Shown: in pieces, positions 10,526 through 21,337 of the stretch
Layout of the letters: each line of letters starts with the position of its first letter
Numbering within the stretch: the first letter of the stretch is position 1
NCBI GenBank assembly: GCA_022813865.1
Contig: JALDZX010000001.1
Coordinates: 806,001 to 843,651, forward strand
DNA length: 37,651 nt
From: Xylographa opegraphella
Lineage: Eukaryota
Direction of reading: 5' to 3'
Program-made: the position numbers and the translations under genes
Notes under the pieces: generated by a model
What the model was told of the DNA's origin: nothing
The model's input: the letters and a program-made list of their open reading frames with translations, nothing else
Databases searched by the model: none

Positions 10526-12004
10526 TTGAAGGAGGAGTTCCCCAGTGTCCCTGTAAAACCTGCCTTTTTCCACTCCAAGGACACATGCACCTCACCCGAG
10601 CAATACTACGTCTGCACCGCCAACAGCTACTGCGGGTGCTGCAGTGGAAACCCCTGCAACGAATCTGAAGCAACGTGTCCTTACGCTACCTCAACAACTA
10701 GCGCTATTGAAATCAGCATCGTAACCGCGGACGTCCCGGCCAGTAGTTTAGGTAGCACAGCCATGGAGGACCCGATACCTCCCGACCCTACTGCATTCGA
10801 TATAGCAGTCATCAGCGCTCCCTCGTCCCTGGCCAGCGTCCCCACCAGCCTCATAACAGCATCGGCATGGACACCCGCGGCCGTGAGCACTTCAAACACT
10901 CCCTTCGGTGGCGCGCCAAGTCAGGTCAGCCTCACTGAAGGTGTTGTGTTGCAATTTTCGACATCTATATCAACCGTGGCTTACGAGCCAGGGGCCGCGA
11001 CAAGCAGCTCTCTGGGCAGCTTCCCTAGCGAGGTTAGCAGTATTACTACTACATCACCACCATCCTCTCCCAGTGCCGCTATCGCTGGTGGCGTGGTGGC
11101 GGCCATAGTTGTGGTGCTTTCGATCTCGGTTTTGACATGCTGGTTGCGCATGCATCGTCGAAACAGAAGATCTCAACACGAAAGGAAGGAGAAATCAGAT
11201 ATAGTGGTTGAAACACTGTTCGATGTTCCTCCATCGGAAGTGTTTGGAGACTCCAACGCGACCTCTGCCGGAACGAGCGAAAAACGCAAGACAGGTAGTG
11301 GTATCTTTGCCTTTATCAACAGACGACAGACAGTAAGCGGCGAGGCTAACGCAGCTCTCGCAAGCGCCGAGAGGCAAAATGTTATAAGCGATAGTGCTGA
11401 AATAGATGTTCCATTCAAACCTATGGCAGCTTCGGTAATGACTAAAAAACGGCAGACAACAAGCACAACAAGTGGTACGACCAGTGTCACTCTGAAAAAC
11501 GCTGGCAGGCGACATACGACAAGTAATACAATTGAGGCGAATTCTGCGTTCATCCACATGATAGCTCCAGTCGTCACTGAACGACAGGCAACAGGTGGTA
11601 CGGCTGACATGGCCCCCAACAGTACTAACACGCGACACATTATGAGTGATAAAGCGGAGAAAGGCAATGCACGCAGTCCTGTAGCAGGTTCGGAAGCTAC
11701 TGGAGAACGACGTAAAGCGGATGGCAATCCTCGTTCACCCTTCAGTATCAATGGTCAACGACATACCGTCAATGGTATATCTGATGCGACGATAAGATCC
11801 AATAGAAGGGTAGCTTCTGATGTGGGTACCACTCGATATACAATGGATGGAATAGCCGAGGTGGTTCCAAAGGTTAACAACCGGAGATATGCAGCCGGCC
11901 TTAAGGTCGAGACAAAAGCTGAGCTCAACAGCAAACGTCACACAATTAGTGGGGTAGCTAAAACAGCATCTGAAGTGACTAACAAACGACATACGGCCGG
12001 TTAA
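10526..12004 (+). CDS. Uncharacterised single-pass membrane protein (Cys-rich domain, Ser/Thr-rich stalk, TM helix, repetitive basic tail); 5' end unresolved
   Basis: Long ORF with C-x5-YYVC-x5-CGCC-x3-PC motif, Ser/Thr/Pro-rich region, TM segment AAIAGGVVAAIVVVLSISVLTCWL followed by RMHRRNRR. The frame is open from 10406 but the first in-frame ATG is at 10763; 10526 is a TTG. Confidence 0.7.
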   Translation: MKEEFPSVPVKPAFFHSKDTCTSPEQYYVCTANSYCGCCSGNPCNESEATCPYATSTTSAIEISIVTADVPASSLGSTAMEDPIPPDPTAFDIAVISAPSSLASVPTSLITASAWTPAAVSTSNTPFGGAPSQVSLTEGVVLQFSTSISTVAYEPGAATSSSLGSFPSEVSSITTTSPPSSPSAAIAGGVVAAIVVVLSISVLTCWLRMHRRNRRSQHERKEKSDIVVETLFDVPPSEVFGDSNATSAGTSEKRKTGSGIFAFINRRQTVSGEANAALASAERQNVISDSAEIDVPFKPMAASVMTKKRQTTSTTSGTTSVTLKNAGRRHTTSNTIEANSAFIHMIAPVVTERQATGGTADMAPNSTNTRHIMSDKAEKGNARSPVAGSEATGERRKADGNPRSPFSINGQRHTVNGISDATIRSNRRVASDVGTTRYTMDGIAEVVPKVNNRRYAAGLKVETKAELNSKRHTISGVAKTASEVTNKRHTAG

Positions 12005-14097
12005 AGCATTCGTATCCGTGCAAATTTCACAACTGGTGGCCTCGCACGAATTGGAGACAAAAAAACTAACTGGATGCAGGACATGCTCGTCTAACAAATT
12101 GAGAGCAGACAAAGAGTGTATTATCAGTTGAACGGAGTGGTTTTCCAAAGATCATCCTGAATGCGCAATTACCTCACTCCCGCAGACAGAACGGACCTGT
12201 ATTCATGAGATGGATCTGCTTTGTATCTTAGCTCCAAAGAGGAAGCTGCAAGTCTTTTGGTGTTGGCGACGCTTGAATAGCGGCGCATTAGCCGACCCTT
12301 GGCGAGGCCGGCGGCGGACCGAGGACGGACCAATGATGAAAGAGCAAGCCACAGCGGTCGTGGCGCCGCTTTCGGGCAGAGCTAACGAAGGGCAGCTGAG
12401 ACAACAATACTCCCCTCACTATTCTCTTTTCTTGATGTAATGGTATATTTAGCTTATATGCGGATTCTCGAGGATATAGAGTAGTAGTACTGTTTGTCAT
12501 GTCTTGATCGATGAGCGGATGGTGCCATGTTTAGCCAGGCTGTGTGAATCTCACCGATTCGACTAACAGGAAATCTGCTTGGAGGATCCTCAGCCACATG
12601 TTTGTGGACCTCCCGAGCCGTGCATGTGTCGCTCCAGATGAAAATCGTGCTCGGCAAGCATCGTGGGAGAGACAAGGTGCATGCACCGATGACGAGATCC
12701 ATTTGTCCGTCTGGTATAGATTGGAAGACCCGATGATGCCACAGCATGCGTTCTCTCGATAAGACAGTGTGCACGCCGCTCCGTCTGCACTCGCCACTGG
12801 CGCCGCCAAGCTCCGCATCTACGCCCTCCAACTGATACCTCAGCGGTTATGGCAATTAGGCGCATGCCACATTCAGCTCCCACCTTCTTCAGTTACCCGT
12901 GGATGTGCCGCCTGATGATGGATGATTGGCAGCTTGGCTGTAAACAGCAGGTGCCTGTGAGGCTGTGTGACCCACTCCTTCTCTGCAAGCCATATTGATC
13001 GCCCCGTTCAGGTCGATGAGCTTGCTTGGCGTGATCGCTTCGTTACTACCTGAGGTAGTGGAGCGAGTGGTGCCAAGTTCACGGAGTAGTGTCGAATCGA
13101 TTATCGGTAACCAGGGAATTCGGCGAAGAATAGAAGCAGCACCACTGGAGTCACTGAGCCGAGCCAAGGCAGCCCACCGCACCTCCAATATCCGACATCC
13201 TCAGGAAGGATGTCGTCCGCCGAGCTCGGTCGGGTGCAGACCGAAGCAGCACGCTCCGAGTGCGCGTGCAGTCGAAGCGGAGTGTCCTCGTGGGCGTCGG
13301 TGGAAAACTAGGAGTACAGTACTCCGTACCTACGGTAGGTAAACAACGCGATAAAAGGAGGTTGCATCCCCGTTATCATGATGATGGCATGGATCATGCA
13401 CGACAGGGGACCATCCCTGCCATTCCGGCCCCACCCCGCGTCGATTAGGGCAACTCAGGCGCGAGGCACGAGCCAATCACCACGGCGCCTATCTCGAAAC
13501 GACGGTGAATGACCGAGCTCCCCTCATCCCGCACTAGCTTGGCAACGGGCACACCACTCAACAGCGCCGGCACCCCCTTTAAGCTTCTCACTCGCAATGT
13601 CCGGTCCTCCCTCTAAGGGAACCACTCACTTCCGCCTCCTCCTGCCTGATCCAGGGAAGCTTCGTGACCTCTGCTCACATTCACCTGCGAACTGAGCTTG
13701 CCCTGCTACCTCTGGCCTACCACCGGCCGTTGTTGCTCCCATCTCATCATTGATTGCGGAAGGTGGTGACATCCCCATCGCCTCCAAGGCATTCTTGACT
13801 AGTCCCCAACATGGAAGGGATCCTGGTCTGCCGCCGGCCATATCGTGCTTGTCGCTGTCTGGTCTGCAAGCCCCAAGCTGCAGGCCTTGTCATCCGCGTT
13901 ATTGGCCATGGGACTTGAAGCGGACGTTCTCCTTCCTCATGAGGGACGGGGAGGATCGACTGGTCGATAAGCAGGTACCAAACCAAGCCATCTTAATCTT
14001 CCGAACCTCAAGGAGAGTTTAAAAAGATGGCCGCTTCCTCGCCATCTTGCCGCTCTCTTTTCCTTCATCCCTCCGAGAGTCGAAGCAGTCTTTCACC

Positions 14098-16118
14098 ATG
14101 CGTTATTCTCTTCTTGCCCTTGCTGCCTTGGCGGCCAGCGCCGTGGCAGCGCCATCTGGTAAATACGTGCTCCATGAGAAGCGCGATCGCACCCCGCAAG
14201 GATGGTGGAAGACCACCGAGCTCCGTGCAAACGATCGGATGCCCATGAAGATTGCCCTCACCCAGTCAAACATGGACAAGATCGAGGACTACCTCATGGA
14301 GGTTTCCCACCCGACCTCCGAAAAGTACGGCCAGCACTGGACCGCCAAGCAGGTCGCCGACACCTTCGCCCCCTCCAAGGAGACTGTCGACACCGTACGT
14401 GACTGGTTGGTATCATCTGGCATCGAGGCGGAACGGATCTCTCAATCCCAATCTCTTGGTTGGCTCAATCTGGAGGTCTCGGTGGCAGAGGCGGAAGCTC
14501 TGCTCAAGACCAAATACCACAAATATGTGCATAAGAGTGGGCAGCCCCATGTATCTTGTTCCGAATACCACGTGCCCGAGCATGTCAGAGAGCACGTCGA
14601 TTTCATTACCCCGACAGTTCACTTTGACGCCAAGCTCTCTCCTCCCAAAGACGATGTCAATTCCAAGATCAAGCGATCCGGCCCCACTGCTGCTGCGGGT
14701 ACCAATGTATCGCCCGGCAAAGCCAGAGCGATTGGATCGCCAGGTTCCGCGTCTCTGCCCAAGCTTGGTGCTGCTGATATCAATATCTTTGGCTTTGGAG
14801 CTGATCTCTCGACTTGCAACGAATTCATTACTCCCGATTGCCTCCGTGCCCTTTACAAGATCCCCCCTGTTTTGACTTCCAACCCAAAGAATAGCTACGG
14901 TATCGTCGAATACACTCCCCAGGCCTTTTTGCAGAGCGACTTGAACCTTTTCTTCGCCAATTTCTCCAAGTTTCAAGTTCAGAGGACTCCTATTTTCGAC
15001 TCTATTGACGGCGGAGTTGACCAGACCACCGACCAGTCTTTCGATTACAATGGTGAATCTGATCTCGACCTTGAATACGCCATGACCTTGGTCAATCCCA
15101 TCAAAGTCACTCTCTACCAAGTCGGTGACCTTGTGGAAGGTGCATCGTTTAATAACTTCCTCGACGCCATCGACGGTTCTTACTGCACTTCCAATGGAGG
15201 TGATGACCCAGTTCAGGATGCTGTCTATCCCGACCCATACCCGGGCGGATACAAGGGACCTGAAAACTGCGGTGGTACGTTACCATATCCCTTATGTTCC
15301 GGTACAACTCGTTACTAATCCGATCTATAGGATTCGCCGCGACGAAAGTCATTTCTACCTCCTACGCTTATAATGAGGCGGACCTGACACCGTTCTACGA
15401 GATGCGCCAATGCAACGAATATGCCAAGCTCGGCATGCTTGGCACTACCTTCCTCTACTCGTCCGGTGACTACGGAGTGGCCGGGAATGGTGGCCAGTGC
15501 ATTGACCCCACCACAGGACAATACAACAACGGTACCTCCGGGAAATTCAACCCATCCTTCCCCGGTACCTGCCCATACATCCTCTCAGTCGGCGCCACAC
15601 AAATCAAACCAGGAGCGTCCGTCACTCAGCCCGAGGAGGCTTGCGAGACCGTCATCTTTTCTGGCGGTGGGTTCTCCAATGTCTTCCCAATGCCTTCCTA
15701 CCAGGCTGCTGCCGTCCAGGAATTTTTCGCCAACCACCCTCCGCCATACGGTGCAGACCGGTACAACAACTCCCGCATGACCCGGGGTTTCCCCGATGTG
15801 AGCGCCAATGGTGCCAACTACGTCATCGCCATCGACGGTACCTTCTCCCTCGTCTACGGCACTTCCGCCTCATCCCCAACATTCGGTTCCGTTCTCACAA
15901 TCGTCAACGAGGCGAGAGCCGACATCGGAAAGGGCTCCGTCGGGTTCGTCAACCCTGCGCTCTACGCTCATCCTTATGTTCTCAATGATATCACATCTGG
16001 AGGGAATATGGGATGTGGTACACCCGGGTTTACCGCAACAACAGGGTGGGACCCCGTCACTGGGTTGGGAACGCCGAACACACTGAAGCTGATCGAGCTG
16101 TTTTTGCTGTTGCCGTGA
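14098..16118 (+). CDS. Secreted sedolisin / tripeptidyl-peptidase (family S53, aorsin-like)
   Basis: Signal peptide MRYSLLALAALAASAVA, pro-domain (VSHPTSEKYGQHW, HVDFITPTVHF), catalytic E/D in GESDLDLEY, oxyanion SSGDYG, nucleophile YGTSASSP and C-terminal GWDPVTGLGTP. Exons 14098-15274 and 15331-16118; intron GTACGT..TAG. Confidence 0.95.
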
Positions 16119-17248
16119 GCATAATGTGAAAATTGGACGAGGTGCATGGGAGGCATTCGATTTGTGTATATATATATTAGCCTCATGGTGGGAGACGATT
16201 TCATGATATCTGGAAGTGGAAGCAGGAGTATTGCACTCCCGTTGGATTTTTTTACTCGCGGATGTTTCATCTTTTGATTACACTTTTCAATCCGCTGCTC
16301 GTGACATCCTTGGTGATTCAGCCGGTTTGGGTTACTTTACACTGCGTCTACCGAAGACTTAATTGAAGTACATCATAATGCAAACCGCCAGTCCTCCAAT
16401 CAAACCCCCTTGCACATGACCACATCTGCTTCCTGCCGTCCTGCGAAGTCAGGCACGTCCGCTTAGAGAATTGATACCGCCGCTAGCGGCTAGATTCTCG
16501 GCGGGACGCCGGTACACGCGGCAATATATTCTAAGTTATGGCGTTTGCGGCTATTCTACGCTCCCGTTTGGCAGGTGATGAGGGTCCTTGGTGCTGATTC
16601 TCCATTGAAGTCTTGGTTTATGATGTTGAGGACCTCTTTAGCCCAAATCTGTTGTGAAAACCGTGACATCTTGGCAGCTGACGATTGCCTTATCAGATGT
16701 GCCAAGCCGTTCTCTTCAATGATAGGAGCGCTCTGTTGCGCTATGTTATCTGACCTACAACAATTGATTCCGGCTTTGGTAAGCTCTGTGGTTGAGTGCT
16801 TGTGGGGGATGTGACGAGGGAATGGAGGCTGCGATTTTGGGGCATGGGGAGGTTTCGGGCATAAGAAGGTGCGTTGTTATATAAGTCTTGGTCCTATTTC
16901 TTCGACGGATCGCAGGCTCCTTCTGAGATGGTGGTTGTGAATCATTTCTCGCGACCCTTCTGGACGAGACTTATTGTGTCTGGCCAGTGCTAGCATCAAG
17001 GTAAGGTTACAGAGTATGTTTCTAGACTTCTGGACGCTTCATGGATATTTTCATCTACAAGAGCAGAATTCGAAGTTGTTTTACTGCCTCATCTGTTCTG
17101 TTGAAGACATTCCGTCTCTTACTCATCGACGTGGCTCTCCTGGATCTATAACAAAGCTGTGTAACAATCGTTCTGGCTGATATTCTTGCTATCTTGTCTT
17201 GCTACGCACGCTAAATTACTATCTTTTCCGGAACTGCACTTTGAGCGA

Positions 17249-18305
17249 ATGAAAACCGACGCAGCTGTTCCAGCTGCAAAACTACAGCTGGAGGAGATGA
17301 TTGAGCTGGAAAGGGCACGGAATGCTTCTCCAGGAGGTGAGAGCGGTTCGGATGCCGATCCTGCGAAGTCCCTTTGGACCAACGAACTTAACCCACTGCG
17401 CATAATTCTCACGACTACTACAGGTGAAATGGAGAATGCTCATACAGTACTCCCGAACGTGATAAAAACCGATATAGGAGTGTGTGGAGACCATGCTCAG
17501 GAACGATCTCGCCAAATAGAGTACTTCGTCAACGGCAAACAAACAACTTCGTCGCCAGAGAGGGCGAAGATGGCGCTCACTGCAGATGAAGCGATGCTCA
17601 CAGATCTCCTGAATAACAGTAGGGGACATACTGTCGACGCGACGGATGATATATGGGATGCACTGAAGCAAGTAACGTACGAGTGTATCGGTTGTCAGGA
17701 TCAGTTCGAGTGCGACCGAATCTACTTTGCTCCTTGCACAAAACATGGCTGGTGTGGCGAATGTATCGTACGACTTTTCAGTGTCTGTACGAGAAACGAG
17801 TCCATGTTCCCACCAGCATGCTGTGGAAATATCATCCCCTTGTCATCGGTACAGAATATCCTTCCTGAAGAATTGATCTTGATCTGCCATGGCAAGGAAC
17901 TCGAATACTCTACTCCAAACAGGACATACTGCTCAGGGAGGCACTGCTCCGCATTCATCCCAACACGGTCAATATCTGGCACCGTAGCGACCTGTGAGAC
18001 CTGTGCCCACCGAACATGTACGCTGTGTAAAGGTGACGAGCACGTGAGAGGCGATTGCTCGAAAGACAAGGGACTTCGGAGCACCCTCGATCTCTGCAGG
18101 GAGAAGAAATACCGACGTTGCTATGGCTGTGGGGAAATGTGGGAGAAGATCGATGGCTGCAATCATATGATGTGAGTTCTTTTGTCTATCGATATACCGC
18201 AGCTTCAATTATTACTAAGCATTTCTCATCAGCTGCGATTGCGATGCCGAATTCTGCTATCGTTGCGGATTGCCTTGGAAGACTTGCCATTGCGCTCACT
18301 TCTAG
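17249..18305 (+). CDS. RBR (RING1-IBR-RING2) E3 ubiquitin ligase-like protein
   Basis: RING1 CIGC..APCTKHGWCGEC..FPPACC; IBR RTYCSGRHCSAFIP..CETC..TCTLCK..H; RING2 RRCYGC..EKIDGCNHM. Intron 18172-18232 (GTGAGT..ACTAAG..CAG) completes RING2 as ICDCDAEFCYRCGLPWKTCHCAHF*. Start ATG 17249 is inferred. Confidence 0.85.
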
Positions 18306-18892
18306 TGTGGCTGCTAAACGTTGAATTCGATCGAGCACGCCTACAGACAAAGAAGTAAGTGAGATAGAGCTATGTTGTCAAATCAAAGATACGACTGTAC
18401 GAGAAACTTCTAGCCTTTTACTGAGAGCAAAGATGAGTCAATATGAGACTCGAATTTGTTCGATAGAACATTTTGTCAATCCCGGCTAACTTTTATTTTC
18501 TCCTCTGAATACCTGTGTTGTTTCTGGTCTATGTACTTTGCGTAAATTGAGAAAATATAAACAAGACAACCGTGTTTGGTGTTTCCATTGTTCGAGACTG
18601 TGGATCTACTCTTAGCTAGTAGCTCAAGCTTCTTAGTACTTAGTGTCAAATGCTTTTGATGTTCATGTTGAAAGATGTATCAACGTGTCTGAGTTCTCTG
18701 CGGTCCTCGCTTAGTGTGTCGTTCTTTGAAACGACCTCCTCATGCAGTTGCTACTAATATAATCCATCGGTCACCCGAGAATTGTCTCGGATACGTACTA
18801 AGCGTTGGCACTCGGAATGTATTTACTTTGAGATTTCATGCATCATTCGACAACCTGGATCAGAATCGAATAACTTGAGTCGCATCTATACA

Positions 18893-20159
18893 ATGAGCGA
18901 GCTTCGCGATAGCGCTTCTGTCAGACCAGAATGGAAACGAACTCACGTGGAGGGACACCTGAGAACGAGGCGACATTATCGTGTCGTCAACCGATGAATA
19001 TATACGCCATGTTTGGATCTTCCAATCCGGGTACATCTTACAGAATTGTCACGATTGATCACAACTAATTTTCATACACAGACCCAGACTTTACACTTGT
19101 CCAATTCCTGTTTCCATCACATTCGTGTCAGCTGCTATCGTCGTAAGGTTGTAGAATGAGCAACGAGTCTATTGGTCTGGTCAGATACCCCCAGCAGTGC
19201 TGTCCTCAAGGGTTGCTGGATTTATATTCTTACGTGGAACTCAAGGACTTCACCAGTCACATCAACGGTACCGTGGTAAGCAGTCTGGGTTGTCAATACT
19301 GGCTAGCAGTCTACTCAATCGTTGAACTTAAGGAACTTTCCTATGCGGAAAGATGTGCAATATTCAAAACCCGTTACATTCTTTGGATTATGGCTCATTA
19401 CGACAGAAAGCTTCTCACTAACCAACTGGAGCATCACTCTTGGCTATCCAACTTCACCCTTCAGGGAGAGAGATCTAGTCCACATGAACTCAGCGTATCT
19501 CGATCCTGCTTGTTGGCTGGCTCTCCATCGGCTGGAAGCGATCCACTAGCAGATATCATCGCCCTCCGTCAGCATCACGCCGGCAAATCATCCGAAGGTC
19601 CTCTACGTGCAGAGATGGACCGGCTCCAGGCCCAATGCAATATCCAGCAACGTATCATTACCAATTTGAGCTTTCGCCACATCCTCGAGGCTCTGCCACG
19701 TGCCAAGCGGACCCACGCCCACCGGAACGGTGCAGTAAGCGCCACACAGCACTAGAAAAACTTCTGGTCCAGTGCCTCGACGAAAGCCCGATTATTGAAA
19801 GTCGGAACCCGCCGTCAGATCATCCACTCATGCTTTTAATTAAGAAATTCGGTCAGATATCCCGAATGTAAGTGGACGAAGTCGGCAGAGGCTACAGTAC
19901 GCTAAGTGCGAACATCCATCAATACAGTGGTAGTTTCGTGATCAAAGCAGATCAATGGGACGTGATAACAGGTGCGATCTTGCAGGCGATTAAGCCGAGC
20001 TCTAACAGAGATCCAGACGGCAACGTAGACTGGGATCGGGAACGACAGAGGTACACTGGAATGAGCCCTTATCACGGAATCCAGCACGACACGAGTGGCA
20101 AGGAGGTTGTTGGGATCAAGTACGCTGCTCACCCACGTTTTGCGACGAACTTTGATTAG
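18893..20159 (+). pseudogene. Disrupted multi-exon hypothetical gene
   Basis: Intron-like segment 19031-19081 (GTACAT..ACTAAT..CAG). Protein-like text QQRIITNLSFRHILEALP..SATQH*KNFW (TAG 19753-19755), a frame change near 19790, then RM*VDEVGRGYSTLSANIHQY..VDWDRERQRY. 5' boundary uncertain. Confidence 0.5.
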
Positions 20160-20839
20160 GAAGACGAGGCAAGGTTGCAGGGCGGATCTTGGTCCTGGCC
20201 GTGTAGTGAGTTTGTATAAAATGAAGAACAACTGGTACCACGCGCCTATCAGACCACGCAGCTAAGAATGTGAACCTGATGGAATGGAATATGATACATT
20301 CCAGAAAGTAGATTTGCACTCTGGCGCCTCCAATCCACTTTAATTATTGAATTCAAGCACACGTGCCTATCCTATACCCATTCACTGCCCAATCTGAAAC
20401 CACCCGCCAACCCCTGCACGTCCATCCCGCCCGCTTCTAGCCCCTAAACGCCCCCTTGTGAAACACCACCTAATCCCCACAACGGTCTCAGCCCTCCCGC
20501 TGTCCGCTTGCATCTCAACCTCACCTTCAGCACGCGTTCATTATTGCTGCATCCGTCCATTTTCCATTCCCCCTTCCACGCCACTGCGCCGCACCGCAGG
20601 ATTCCTCTCCTTTTCCCGGGCTGGTTCCCACTCACCTTCTTTCTCGTATACTGCAAACATCTATCGCGATCTAAACGTGTCCACGCTCTCTCAGATACCC
20701 ACCACCCCCTCTCCGAGCAACCCTCACGCGCGCGAGAGGAAACCCGAGCTCCGCGCACCGCACGCTCCAAACAGCGCCCGTTCCCGCCCCGCCCGGCGCG
20801 CCGGCCGCGCCGAGCCTGTCCACTCTACGACCGCCTACG

Positions 20840-21337
20840 ATGCGCCGTTGCGCGCAGGCCCGCTCACCCGCTCTCCTCCTCCTGCTTCTCCTCGCCCCGC
20901 TCTGCGCTGCGCAAGCCACCACCACGACCCCATCCACGACCCCGCTCCCCTCCCTCCAACCTACCGCACCCCTCACCACGCGCTCCCTCACCGCCTCCGG
21001 CCCCTACAGCAACCTCACAGCCTCCGCCCCGGCCCTGCTGGTCTCCAACACCACGACCGCGGCCGCTTCGGCCATCGCCTCTGGCGAACCGCCGACTAGC
21101 GTGGTCGTCTCGACCAAGATGGCGACGGCGCTGCCGCCGACGGTGACGAGCATCGTGGTCGCCCCGCTGGGGGGCGTGACGGGGATGCAGACGCTCGTGA
21201 CGGTGCCCGGGGTGACGCGGACGGCGCCGGTGGGGGGAGTGCAGACGGCAGGGGTGGAAGGGGTGAGGGTGGCGATGGGAGGGTGGAGGCTGGGTATGGT
21301 TGTTGGGGTGGGGTTGTGGGTGGTGGGGTGGGGCTGA
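20840..21337 (+). CDS. Small secreted Thr/Ser/Pro-rich, probably GPI-anchored cell-wall protein
   Basis: Hydrophobic signal (LLLLLLLAPLCAA/Q), Thr-rich body with N-glycosylation sequons (NLT, NTT), hydrophobic C-terminus (LGMVVGVGLWVVGWG*). Confidence 0.7.
   Translation: MRRCAQARSPALLLLLLLAPLCAAQATTTTPSTTPLPSLQPTAPLTTRSLTASGPYSNLTASAPALLVSNTTTAAASAIASGEPPTSVVVSTKMATALPPTVTSIVVAPLGGVTGMQTLVTVPGVTRTAPVGGVQTAGVEGVRVAMGGWRLGMVVGVGLWVVGWG

Noticed and set aside
18405..18480. GCCTTTTAC, identical to the U5 snRNA loop I core
   Set aside because: The flanking stem pairs poorly, no convincing Sm site is at the right distance, and it lies in the likely 3' UTR of the RBR gene; probably chance.
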